Source of the DNA: Patescibacteria group bacterium
Lineage (GTDB): Bacteria > Patescibacteriota > Minisyncoccia > Phycocordibacterales > Phycocordibacteraceae
Length of the DNA: 64,000 nt
NCBI GenBank assembly: GCA_040388985.1
Contig: JAZKAU010000002.1
Coordinates: 183,642-247,641, forward strand
Reading direction: 5' to 3'
A model generated the notes under the pieces. It was not told the origin of the DNA. It did no database searches and saw only the letters and a program-made list of their open reading frames with translations. Below, piece by piece: positions 56,473 to 64,000 of this stretch (its first letter is position 1; the number at the start of each line of letters is the position of its first letter). The translations under genes were made by a program, and so were the position numbers.

Positions 56473-57217
56473 CGGAGAGACGAACTATCTGAAAAGCGCC
56501 CTGAAGACCGGGCTTTCACCCAAGGCAGCAAGCGTATATGTGGTGTTGCTTGAAGCCGGCACGGGGCTGGCTCCCAAGAACATCATCACGCGCACCGGCC
56601 TTCACCGGCAGTACGTCTATGACGCTCTGCGGGAGCTTCAGGACGAGGGACTCGTCGCAGCGCTCGGCGCGGGACGCCGTATCCGCTATCAAGCCGCAAG
56701 TCCTGAACGCCTTTCACAGGAAGCTGAGAAGAAGCGCATCGACGTGCTCGACGGCGTGCAGAACCTCATGCGGCTGTATGAGCGATCTCCAGCGGGTGTG
56801 GTCGAGGTGGTGCGCGGAGCCAAGGCCGTTATCGAAAGCGAGTTCGCGCTCCTGCGAGAAGCGGAAGAAGGCGGATTTCTCGACGTGGTCGGAGGGGCCG
56901 GTATGAACTGGGTCCGCCTATTTGAGGACCGACTTGAGGAGTATGAGAACCTCCGGCGCGAGAAGCGTATCAAGCTGCGATACATCGGCGATGTCGACGA
57001 TGTGCGGCATAACTGGGAGGAAAGCATCATCGAGAACGAGTCTCGTATAATCCCGAACATCGGTCATGTCGTGAACGTGAATATCCGGCCCGACAGCGTG
57101 AATTTCAATATCTACGAGCCCGAGATTCTCGTGGTCCGGGTGCGCAATGCAGCAGCAGTCGCAAGCCAGCGCGCGCTGTTCGAGGTGCTGTGGAACGCGG
57201 CAAGACAAAGTAACTAG
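56465..57217 (+). CDS. TrmB-like HTH regulator
   Basis: GLSPKAASVYVVLLE..TGLHRQYVYDALRELQDEGLV, YQAASPERL, LFEVLW C-terminus. Confidence 0.85.
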   Translation: MTNGETNYLKSALKTGLSPKAASVYVVLLEAGTGLAPKNIITRTGLHRQYVYDALRELQDEGLVAALGAGRRIRYQAASPERLSQEAEKKRIDVLDGVQNLMRLYERSPAGVVEVVRGAKAVIESEFALLREAEEGGFLDVVGGAGMNWVRLFEDRLEEYENLRREKRIKLRYIGDVDDVRHNWEESIIENESRIIPNIGHVVNVNIRPDSVNFNIYEPEILVVRVRNAAAVASQRALFEVLWNAARQSN

Positions 57218-57316
57218 AGTAACTGAAAACAGAATTGCTTTATAGTCGGCCTTTAATCTCAGCGCGGCCCAGCCAATTGATTTCCTTCATTGCGTACCTG
57301 GTATATCATTACTTCC

Positions 57317-57835
57317 ATGAAAGAGGACGGAAGGCTGCATTTCATTATGACTGGAGGAACGATCGATTCTTCTTATAATCCAGTAAAGGAAACCACGGTG
57401 CCGAGCGAGCATTCATATATTCCAATGTTCGTCCCGTTTCTCCAACTTTACGAAGAAGTTGAATTCACAGAGGTATTCATGAAAGACAGTAGGGACATTA
57501 CGGACTCAGATCGTTCCAAGGTACTAGAAGCCATAGAAAAAAGTTCCTCAAAAAGAATTATCATTACGCATGGTAGTTATACGGTCGCTGAGACAGCGAG
57601 ATATGTCCAAGAGTATTTGCAGAGCAAGGATCGGACGATTATCTTCGTATGCTCTCTCATTCCCATCGAAGGTTTTGCTCCGACAGATGCAGGCTTTAAT
57701 CTAGGCTACGCCGTAGGAAAGTCACAGAATCTTGGAGAAGGGGTGTATGTCTGTATGAACGGAAGAGTCTTCAGTCCCGACGAAGTAGTCAAGATATTGG
57801 AGACCGGTAGATTTGCCTCGACGTACACCAAGTAA
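57317..57835 (+). CDS. short asparaginase-domain protein
   Basis: MTGGTIDS, MKDSRDIT, ITHGSYT (HGTDT variant), DAGFNLGYA, GVYVCMNG. Confidence 0.85.
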   Translation: MKEDGRLHFIMTGGTIDSSYNPVKETTVPSEHSYIPMFVPFLQLYEEVEFTEVFMKDSRDITDSDRSKVLEAIEKSSSKRIIITHGSYTVAETARYVQEYLQSKDRTIIFVCSLIPIEGFAPTDAGFNLGYAVGKSQNLGEGVYVCMNGRVFSPDEVVKILETGRFASTYTK

Positions 57836-57943
57836 GCTCCATATTTTGTACATGTTAGAACTTCTCATCGTTATTTCTTTATAAATCGGAGACAGATATT
57901 CTGTCAGTAACTCGGCGCCAGATCAGGATGTATAATCACGTGT

Positions 57944-58297
57944 ATGAATAAGATCTTAGGCATAGGCGGACTGTTCTTTCGTGCGAATGATCCGGCAGCC
58001 TTGAAGTCCTGGTATGTCGATGTACTCGGCATCGTTATCAAGGAATACGTCTGGCAGCAGGAAGCAGGCCCTACCGTACTCGAGCCGTTCGCGATGGACT
58101 CAGACTATTTTCCACTCGATAAGTCATGGATGATCAATTTTCGCGTGTCCGATCTGGAAGCAGTGATTGCAGACCTCAAGGGAAAGGGTGTCAACGTAGA
58201 AGTCCGCGATGAGTGGAATGCGTCGCCTGAAATGGGGAAGTTCGCTCGGGTACAGGATCCGGAAGGGAATCCTGTCGAGCTTTGGCAACCGGCGTAG
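57944..58297 (+). CDS. VOC/glyoxalase family protein
   Basis: GIGGLFFRANDP..WY..LG, MINFRV.DL, GKFA...DPEGNPVELWQP. Confidence 0.9.
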   Translation: MNKILGIGGLFFRANDPAALKSWYVDVLGIVIKEYVWQQEAGPTVLEPFAMDSDYFPLDKSWMINFRVSDLEAVIADLKGKGVNVEVRDEWNASPEMGKFARVQDPEGNPVELWQPA

Positions 58298-58310
58298 AGG
58301 CACACTGATA

Positions 58311-58778
58311 ATGAATCGCAATAGGCAACGACTCATTCCGGTAACATTTCTCGTTGGCTATGGTGCGCTACTGATCAAGGTCATGGTGTTCAAGGACCTG
58401 CCCATCATACGGATCGGTCATCTGATGCTGAGGTTTGGGGGCGCGGACGCAAACGGTCAGGCGAACTTCGTGCCGTTCAGGACCATCTTTCCGTACCTAC
58501 TCGGCTATAAGGGATGGATTATCGCGGGCATCAATCTGGTCGGGAATGTAGGCCTGCTTGTGCCGATAGGAATCTTGGCCCCGTTCGTCTTCCAGAACCT
58601 GACGTGGAAGAAGTCCCTCGTTCTTGCATGCGTCGCCGGTCTTGTCATCGAAGGCATGCAGGTACTATTTCGCGTCGGTATATTCGACATCGACGATGTG
58701 ATACTGAATGCACTCGGTGTCATGATCGGATACGGCGTATGTAGAATTTTCGTAAACGTGGAAAGCGGTTCGTTCTGA
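58311..58778 (+). CDS. VanZ family membrane protein
   Basis: NFVPFRTI, NLVGNVGLLVPIG, IE..Q, GIFDIDDVILNALG. Confidence 0.88.
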   Translation: MNRNRQRLIPVTFLVGYGALLIKVMVFKDLPIIRIGHLMLRFGGADANGQANFVPFRTIFPYLLGYKGWIIAGINLVGNVGLLVPIGILAPFVFQNLTWKKSLVLACVAGLVIEGMQVLFRVGIFDIDDVILNALGVMIGYGVCRIFVNVESGSF

Positions 58779-58825
58779 CCGTTGCTACACAAGATACTCA
58801 TGGATTACCGTTATACTTAGAGCAT

Positions 58826-59203
58826 ATGAACTACCTCGAAACATTCTCAGGATATTCAGTAGATAGTATCGCGGCAGCTGAGGCCTTTTATCGCGATACG
58901 CTCGGACTTACGGTGGAACGCACGAAAGAAGGATTGGAGATAAAGACTCCGAATCAGACCATCTTTCTCTACGAGAAGAGTTCGCACAAGCCAGCGGAGT
59001 TCACCGTATTCAATCTTGTAGTTGCTGATATCGACGCTGCGGTCACTGATCTCAAAGCAAAAGGCATGACGTTCGAGACGTACGATGGCATGCACCAGGA
59101 TGAGCAGGGCATAGCACGAGGTAAGGAAGTTGGTATGGGTCCGGATATTGCGTGGTTCAAAGACCCGGCAGGAAACATTCTTTCCGTGCTCGCTAAGGCG
59201 TAA
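58826..59203 (+). CDS. VOC/glyoxalase family protein
   Basis: FSGYSVD..AFY..TLGL, HKPAEFTVFN, IAWFKDPAGNILSV. Confidence 0.9.
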   Translation: MNYLETFSGYSVDSIAAAEAFYRDTLGLTVERTKEGLEIKTPNQTIFLYEKSSHKPAEFTVFNLVVADIDAAVTDLKAKGMTFETYDGMHQDEQGIARGKEVGMGPDIAWFKDPAGNILSVLAKA

Positions 59204-59214
59204 AAAGAAGCACT

Positions 59215-59324
59215 GCTCCTCATACTTCCTGCGGGTGGCGGATAACTAGGTATTACCATGAGTACACGAAAGCCAGTCAGTGTATGCACCATGAGTAGGT
59301 TGGGTCAGAGGGATTAGAACCCAC
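59215..59324 (+). repeat. boundary repeat copy A
   Basis: 62-nt block matching 59939-60000 (9 mismatches, all transitions), then 31 nt later GAGGGATTAGAACCCAC. Confidence 0.8.
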
Positions 59325-59367
59325 CGAGTGGTGGTACAATTCGAGTGCCAGAATTAATGAAAAAGCC

Positions 59368-59847
59368 ATGAATATAGAACGTAAGGAAGCGGTATCAAAG
59401 CCAGCTTCTGTTGAGCTTCAGGCAGAACGCGAGAATTGTCTTCGCGAAATGCTTCCCAAACTTCGAGAGATTGCTGCGCCTCAAACCAGGATGCTTCAGG
59501 CAGAGTTTGCAGTTGGTATAGAGAAAAATGTAGAGCGGATAAAACACATTGCCAGTCCGAGCGAGCTTGATGCGATGGCACAAAAGTTAGTCGCGCTCGG
59601 CATGCCAGCTGAACCTGATGATGCTGGTAACCCAGGCAGTTTCAACAGTCTTCCGTTCCGGCTGACAACATTAAGCAGAGAATTGACTGAACTGGAAAGT
59701 GAGAAAGATGAAGAGCGGGAACTCGGAGCTCACTCCTTCAGGCCAAAGTTCGAACATGGCTCCCGCCTTGAACGTATAGATTTCGCAGTTAAGGAAATCG
59801 GGAGATGGATAGGGAAGAGTGAAACTTACCTAAGTGGAGGGTTTTAG
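59368..59847 (+). CDS. hypothetical protein
   Basis: 159-aa ORF between repeat A and a terminator. Confidence 0.65.
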   Translation: MNIERKEAVSKPASVELQAERENCLREMLPKLREIAAPQTRMLQAEFAVGIEKNVERIKHIASPSELDAMAQKLVALGMPAEPDDAGNPGSFNSLPFRLTTLSRELTELESEKDEERELGAHSFRPKFEHGSRLERIDFAVKEIGRWIGKSETYLSGGF

Positions 59848-59852
59848 CCAAC

Positions 59853-59897
59853 CACCAAAAGCAGAAAACCGCCTCGGGCGGTTTTCTGCTTTTGGTG
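59853..59897 (+). terminator. terminator with 21-bp arms (AAAACCGCC family)
   Basis: CACCAAAAGCAGAAAACCGCC-tcg-GGCGGTTTTCTGCTTTTGGTG. Confidence 0.8.
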
Positions 59898-59898
59898 T

Positions 59899-60047
59899 AA
59901 ATGGATATCCAAGGTTAGAACTTCGCTGATGCTAAACAGCTCCTCATATTTCCTACGAGTGGCGGATGACTGGGCATCACCATGAGCACACGAAAGCCAA
60001 TACGTTCCTACGACTGCTCAAAATGAGCTTGAGTGATTAGAACCTAC
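59899..60047 (+). repeat. boundary repeat copy B (longest)
   Basis: AAATGGATATCCAAGGTTAGAACTTCGCTG (identical to 61223-61252) + 62-nt block + GAGTGATTAGAACCTAC. Confidence 0.8.
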
Positions 60048-60055
60048 TAATATTT

Positions 60056-60865
60056 ATGGAATTTGTTAGGCTCATGGATATGGATAATCTGGTGAATTTG
60101 AGGGGAATTGCAGAGCTTTTCGATTCTCATAATTCAGACAAATTCATTTCTCGTCTCGCGAGTATGTTCATGACACAAGAACCAGCATGTATTGTAGTTC
60201 GCGGTATTCCGGTAACTGGAGACCCAAGGCCAGATGACTTAGGAATGGAAATCAATCCTGGTCACAAAAAACAAGCAGGCCAGAAGTACAGCGAGGAAGT
60301 TTTCAAACTGCTAAATGAGCAGATTGGAGGCAATCGCATCCAGTCAGAGATGGGGAATGTTATTCGCTCAGTAGACCCAACAAATCCTGCTTACATTAAA
60401 GTTGAGCCGACTCATACGCATCCGGATGATCGAATCAATAATATGTTTTGCAATATCTCGGACGGAGCGATATCTAATGTGACTTTCGTGGATGATGTAT
60501 GGAAGAACGCCACGGAAGAGGAAAGGGCGCTCTTTCAAAAGCATAAGTTCATAGATTTTGACGGCTCCCAAGTCTTATGGAACGAGGACTTCGTTCGTTG
60601 CGACGACATATTTGAACGTCTCGAAAACGCATCTCCGTTCGAAAATAATGAAAGTCTCTCCAACACAGCAGTCATTCTTGCTGAGGGAATTCGTGCAAAT
60701 GCGCGTGAGTATCACTTGATAGAAGGAGATATGGTTTTCTTTGCTCAGATGAAAACACTGCGAGGAGCTCCTGCATACAAGACTCCTGAATCAGGTATAG
60801 AAAAGAGATGGTACCAGAGTATGACGTTTGGAGAACGGAGAGGAGTTTTTGTTTACAACCTCTGA
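60056..60865 (+). CDS. hypothetical protein, possibly degenerate TauD/clavaminate-synthase-like fold
   Basis: IVVRGIP, PTHTHPD, LIEGDMVFF..KTLRG, KRWYQ spacing resembles TauD/CAS, but the distal His is absent. Confidence 0.55.
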   Translation: MEFVRLMDMDNLVNLRGIAELFDSHNSDKFISRLASMFMTQEPACIVVRGIPVTGDPRPDDLGMEINPGHKKQAGQKYSEEVFKLLNEQIGGNRIQSEMGNVIRSVDPTNPAYIKVEPTHTHPDDRINNMFCNISDGAISNVTFVDDVWKNATEEERALFQKHKFIDFDGSQVLWNEDFVRCDDIFERLENASPFENNESLSNTAVILAEGIRANAREYHLIEGDMVFFAQMKTLRGAPAYKTPESGIEKRWYQSMTFGERRGVFVYNL

Positions 60866-60877
60866 AGCTGCTTCAAA

Positions 60878-60909
60878 CTAGAAAACCGCCCCATGGGGCG
60901 GTTTTCTAG
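60878..60909. terminator. 32-bp perfect palindrome (AAAACCGCC family)
   Basis: CTAGAAAACCGCCCCA|TGGGGCGGTTTTCTAG. Confidence 0.78.
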
Positions 60910-61010
60910 AATTCTAGATTTCGTATATGTTGTGGCGTCTGAATTTCAGCGAGAACTGAGAGCTGCAATTCAGACATCCTACCAAGATATATTCACTACG
61001 TTCGTTATTT

Positions 61011-61025
61011 TGGTGGAGGTGGGGA
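61011..61025 (-). repeat. duplicate of the tmRNA 3' end (att-like)
   Basis: Minus strand TCCCCACCTCCACCA; 13 bp identical to 63160-63172, and here CCA is encoded. Confidence 0.65.
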
Positions 61026-61222
61026 GGTTGACCCACGAATCACTAACCAGAATATTTCGTTCCTCATATTCTGCTAAGTGTTCTCGGGCCCGCCTCGCCG
61101 TTTCTCTCAGAATCGAAACATGCTCCGGCTAACTCATTGTCTTCAAGAGCGGAGCAATCCGCTCTTTCCCACTCTACAAACGAAAATGGCCCACATGAGC
61201 GGGTTTATTTTCGTACTTGTGG

Positions 61223-61279
61223 AAATGGATATCCAAGGTTAGAACTTCGCTGCTGGAATGCAGTTCCTCACATTTCCTA
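61223..61279 (+). repeat. boundary repeat copy C (partial)
   Basis: 30 bp identical to 59899-59928, similarity continuing to CAG.TCCTCA.ATTTCCTA; ends at the stop codon of the minus-strand regulator. Confidence 0.8.
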
Positions 61280-62083
61280 TCTGTCGTGGACAGTTGGTAG
61301 TTTCATGTCGGCTGCCTGCTGCCATGCGAGTTCAAATAAGACTCGTCTGTAGAAGTCGGCAATATCGGCGTTCTCGAGTATTGTGCACGTCAGCTTTCCT
61401 TCGGTAAAGGACTGAATAGCAATGGAGTTATTCCAACTGAATATACCTGCTTGCCAGGAAAGTTCCTCCGGCATGAGTCGCACTCGAATCCGATACTCAT
61501 CTGATTTTTTGTACACGCGCTCGGCAAACTCGCACGGCGGGAAGATAAGTCGTGTACGGATACCCTTATCAGAACGCCTTTGGAAGTAATGTTCGAGATA
61601 TTCAGGATCCACGAGTTCTGAAAACAAACGCACATTAGTAAAGACAAGCACTTCACTCTTTGCCGAAAATGTCTCTTCTAGCATCTTTTTAAAGCCCTCG
61701 ACGCCTTCATAGAGCTTTACGTTCGGCACCCCCACCCCTGATGGAGGACTAACCTTCTCCATAAGACTCACTGCGTAACTAATATTGCTTCGCAGTGCGG
61801 CGATGTCGTTCTCTCGCTGTTGGAGCAGAGAAAAGAGAACCTTTGGATTCTCTGCACCTATATATCGCTTCTTACCTCGGCGAGATTCATACAAAAGACC
61901 TTTTTTAAGAAGTTGCTCGACTTCGCTGTGTACTGTCGTGCGATTTCTGCCTACTCCCTTTGCCAGAGACTGGATAGTTTCAGTACCGGATTCTAAACAG
62001 CGCAAGTACACCTGGGCCTCGTGCGGGTTGCAGCCGAAATGACCAAGCTGAGCGACTACGTGCTGCCTATCAGGAAAATTCAT
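61277..62083 (-). CDS. TrmB-like HTH regulator
   Basis: FGCNPHEAQVYLRCLE..LAKGVGRNRTTVHSEVEQLLKKGL, AENP, PNVKLYEGVEG, LFELAW. Confidence 0.87.
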   Translation of the reverse strand: MNFPDRQHVVAQLGHFGCNPHEAQVYLRCLESGTETIQSLAKGVGRNRTTVHSEVEQLLKKGLLYESRRGKKRYIGAENPKVLFSLLQQRENDIAALRSNISYAVSLMEKVSPPSGVGVPNVKLYEGVEGFKKMLEETFSAKSEVLVFTNVRLFSELVDPEYLEHYFQRRSDKGIRTRLIFPPCEFAERVYKKSDEYRIRVRLMPEELSWQAGIFSWNNSIAIQSFTEGKLTCTILENADIADFYRRVLFELAWQQAADMKLPTVHDR

Positions 62084-62221
62084 AAATGTAGAGTATATTT
62101 CGACACTTTTATTTGCAAGTGGTTATCTAAAAATGATAATTAAAATATATCTTTCTGAGCCATAGCCATTGTGCATACTTCTAACTTTGACGGGTATATG
62201 ATGACAGTTTACTTTTTGTTC

Positions 62222-63070
62222 ATGAGCAAATCACCAGTTATATACGGACAAATATCCAAAACCCGCTTAAAAAAACTCCCTTGGGGAAGCCACGGTATCC
62301 TCTGGGATGGTTTCGATAATCTCAAAACTTCTGGATTTCTGGTCGACTTTAAGAAGGAAACCTCCTATGAAGCCTGGGCGGATGTTGATTCAGAAAATCT
62401 ATGCCTAGTCGAAGCGGGAAGCGCTACCCTTGAGTGGGCAGGGAAGAAATATCTGATAAAGAACAAGGCGTTCGTGTTTAAGGTGTATCCCGGTCAATCG
62501 CCGACCGTACGACCTGGAAAGAATGGCTTTCGTGTCCTTTCGGTCCAAATGCGACACGCAAAGCAGTCCACTCGAAATAAGGATTCGTTTGATATATCAA
62601 AACTAGATGTTATCGATACTCGAAGAGTACCTGCACAAGTGTACGAGTTTGAAACACTCGCACAGGAAATATTCACGCCAAACTATAAGAACGGACTCGG
62701 ACTTATCAAATTTGCCTTTGTAAATCCGATACCTATACATCGGCATCCGTATTCCGCTCGTCTCATTCGACCGATTTCCGGCAAAGGATATACATATATT
62801 GAACCTAACATTTATGAGGCCCATGCGGATACGTACGCGCTTATACCGACCAACACGATCCACACCAATGGGAATATTCCGGGTAACGTCCTTCGACTGT
62901 ACGCCGTACAACTCCCCTGGGTGCCCAGCGGCATAGACGAGGAAAACATCGCCGGATCACCTCGCTTTGTGAAATATGTCGGAATCACTCCGCCTAAAAA
63001 GATTTGGAAGACAAAAAAACAATTTGAAACATTGATCCATACCCTTGATACCCATATATCAAAGCGTTAG
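62222..63070 (+). CDS. bicupin-like protein
   Basis: C-terminal cupin PIHRHP..ISGKG..IPTNTIH; N-terminal degenerate cupin ENLCLVEAGSA. Confidence 0.7.
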   Translation: MSKSPVIYGQISKTRLKKLPWGSHGILWDGFDNLKTSGFLVDFKKETSYEAWADVDSENLCLVEAGSATLEWAGKKYLIKNKAFVFKVYPGQSPTVRPGKNGFRVLSVQMRHAKQSTRNKDSFDISKLDVIDTRRVPAQVYEFETLAQEIFTPNYKNGLGLIKFAFVNPIPIHRHPYSARLIRPISGKGYTYIEPNIYEAHADTYALIPTNTIHTNGNIPGNVLRLYAVQLPWVPSGIDEENIAGSPRFVKYVGITPPKKIWKTKKQFETLIHTLDTHISKR

Positions 63071-63098
63071 TTGTATTGAGAGTAAATCAGTAGCAAAC

Positions 63099-63125
63099 AG
63101 AAAGCCGCCTTGTGGGCGGTTTTCT
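63099..63125. terminator. bidirectional terminator between the cupin gene and tmRNA
   Basis: AGAAAGCCGCCT-tgt-GGGCGGTTTTCT. Confidence 0.7.
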
Positions 63126-63160
63126 AATGTTCTATATGTTTCCACATAGTTCTATATCAG

Positions 63161-63587
63161 TGGAGGTGGGGAATAATGAGTTCCCGTCCGACCTGGCATT
63201 GAGAGCGAGTCTACGACGCGTAGCTCGTATTGAATATTCAGCAGGAACATAAGAATGCGAGCGAAAACATTCCTGCCTACATCCCTAATTTAGGCGATCC
63301 GTTCGGGCGTACGGATACCGATCTCGTAGAGAATTCCGCCCGATACTCCAGCTACGAGAACCTGGGATATCGAACGTCGCTATGCGAGACGAGCCGAAGC
63401 TCAAGCCTTACGCAGTAACGAACGCAAAGTTGAAGTCACTCATCGCGAACGGTGAGAGAACAGCCTTCCTTGCGCTTGCAACAGTGTTGTTTGCAAGTAT
63501 TGGTATATGCGTTGGTATGGCGGGACAGCATACTTCCCCCGCGTCGCACGTTTCTCAAGGTTCAGACCGTCAAAGCCGGTCACCCCC
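63161..63587 (-). ncRNA. ssrA: transfer-messenger RNA
   Basis: 5' GGGGGTGACCGGCTTTGAC pairs with 3' CACCTCC-A (G3.U70); GGACGGGAA..TTCCC T-arm; tag frame 63494-63408 ANNTVASARKAVLSPFAMSDFNFAFVTA*; directly downstream of smpB. Confidence 0.93.
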
Positions 63588-63642
63588 GGGCACAACTCCA
63601 CCAGGAGATAGAGTTGTGCCCGGGACTGGCCCGCACTAGTTC

Positions 63643-64000
63643 TTACTGACGTTTGCCGCGCATCGCTCTTTCTATCTCGCGCTGCGCATCCTTCTTCTTC
63701 AAAGTCTCGCGCTTGTCGGACTTATTCTTGCCGCGCACGATAGCGACGCGCACTTTCAGGTACCTGCCTGCATTATACACCTCAATTGGCACTATTGTCA
63801 ATCCTTTCTTCGACTCCTCGTCGGCGAGTTCCGCGATTTCCGACTTCTTGAGGAGGAGGCGGCGCGCGCGTTCAGGGTCATATCCGGCTGGTGTATTTCC
63901 GGCCTGGTAGGGAGGTATGCTCATGCCGACCACGAAGGCCTCGCCGCCGCGGATGATGATGCGCGCGCCGTCGAGCTTTCCCTGCTTAGCTCGGACGGCT
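63643..64000 (-). CDS. smpB: SsrA-binding protein (5' part outside the window)
   Basis: IPPYQ..YDPERARRLLLKKSEI, GLTIVPIEVY, RGKNKSDKRETLKKKD. Confidence 0.96.
   Translation of the reverse strand, partial: AVRAKQGKLDGARIIIRGGEAFVVGMSIPPYQAGNTPAGYDPERARRLLLKKSEIAELADEESKKGLTIVPIEVYNAGRYLKVRVAIVRGKNKSDKRETLKKKDAQREIERAMRGKRQ

Noticed and set aside
59299-59326. tRNA gene on the minus strand (GTGGGTTCTAATCCCTC...)
   Set aside because: Only a T-arm-like fragment; no D-arm, anticodon arm or matching acceptor stem. Treated as part of the boundary repeat.
59899-60047. Classical integron attC site
   Set aside because: GTTAGAA fails GTTRRRY at the last position, no RYYYAAC inverse core with a paired stem was found, and there is no intI in the window.
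63230-63649. Plus-strand ORFs of 62-85 aa
   Set aside because: They overlap the tmRNA gene on the opposite strand.
1-64000. Alternative genetic code (TGA as Gly) as in Gracilibacteria/Absconditabacteria
   Set aside because: Conserved genes read through intact under code 11, and pyrE and pyrF end at TGA at the expected lengths.

Overview
64-kb chromosomal segment, most likely from a Patescibacteria/CPR (Parcubacteria-like) bacterium. This is inferred from the absence of rpmD between rpsE and rplO, core genes that mostly lack Shine-Dalgarno (SD) motifs, low-complexity extensions on ribosomal proteins, several TrmB-type HTH regulators and a type IV pilin. The backbone is rpmB, the str/S10/spc ribosomal clusters (split into at least six separately promoted pieces by accessory genes), secY, gmk-adk-map, ndk, infC-rpmI-rplT, redox and efflux modules, and smpB-tmRNA at the right edge. 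The best candidate for an undescribed system is at 6.1-8.5 kb: a TrmB-like regulator divergent from a radical SAM gene, followed by three paralogous 29-aa Arg-rich amphipathic peptide genes. These are missing from the ORF track; each has its own strong SD and they share a terminator (RiPP-like or PSM-like locus). The second candidate is an accessory region downstream of tmRNA (about 57.8-63.2 kb) with a duplicated tmRNA 3' end and repeated GTTAGAAC-containing boundary elements between single-gene units. There is also an orphan ncRNA candidate at 41.8 kb and a long 28-residue tmRNA tag. All calls come from reading motifs by eye; no database searches were run.
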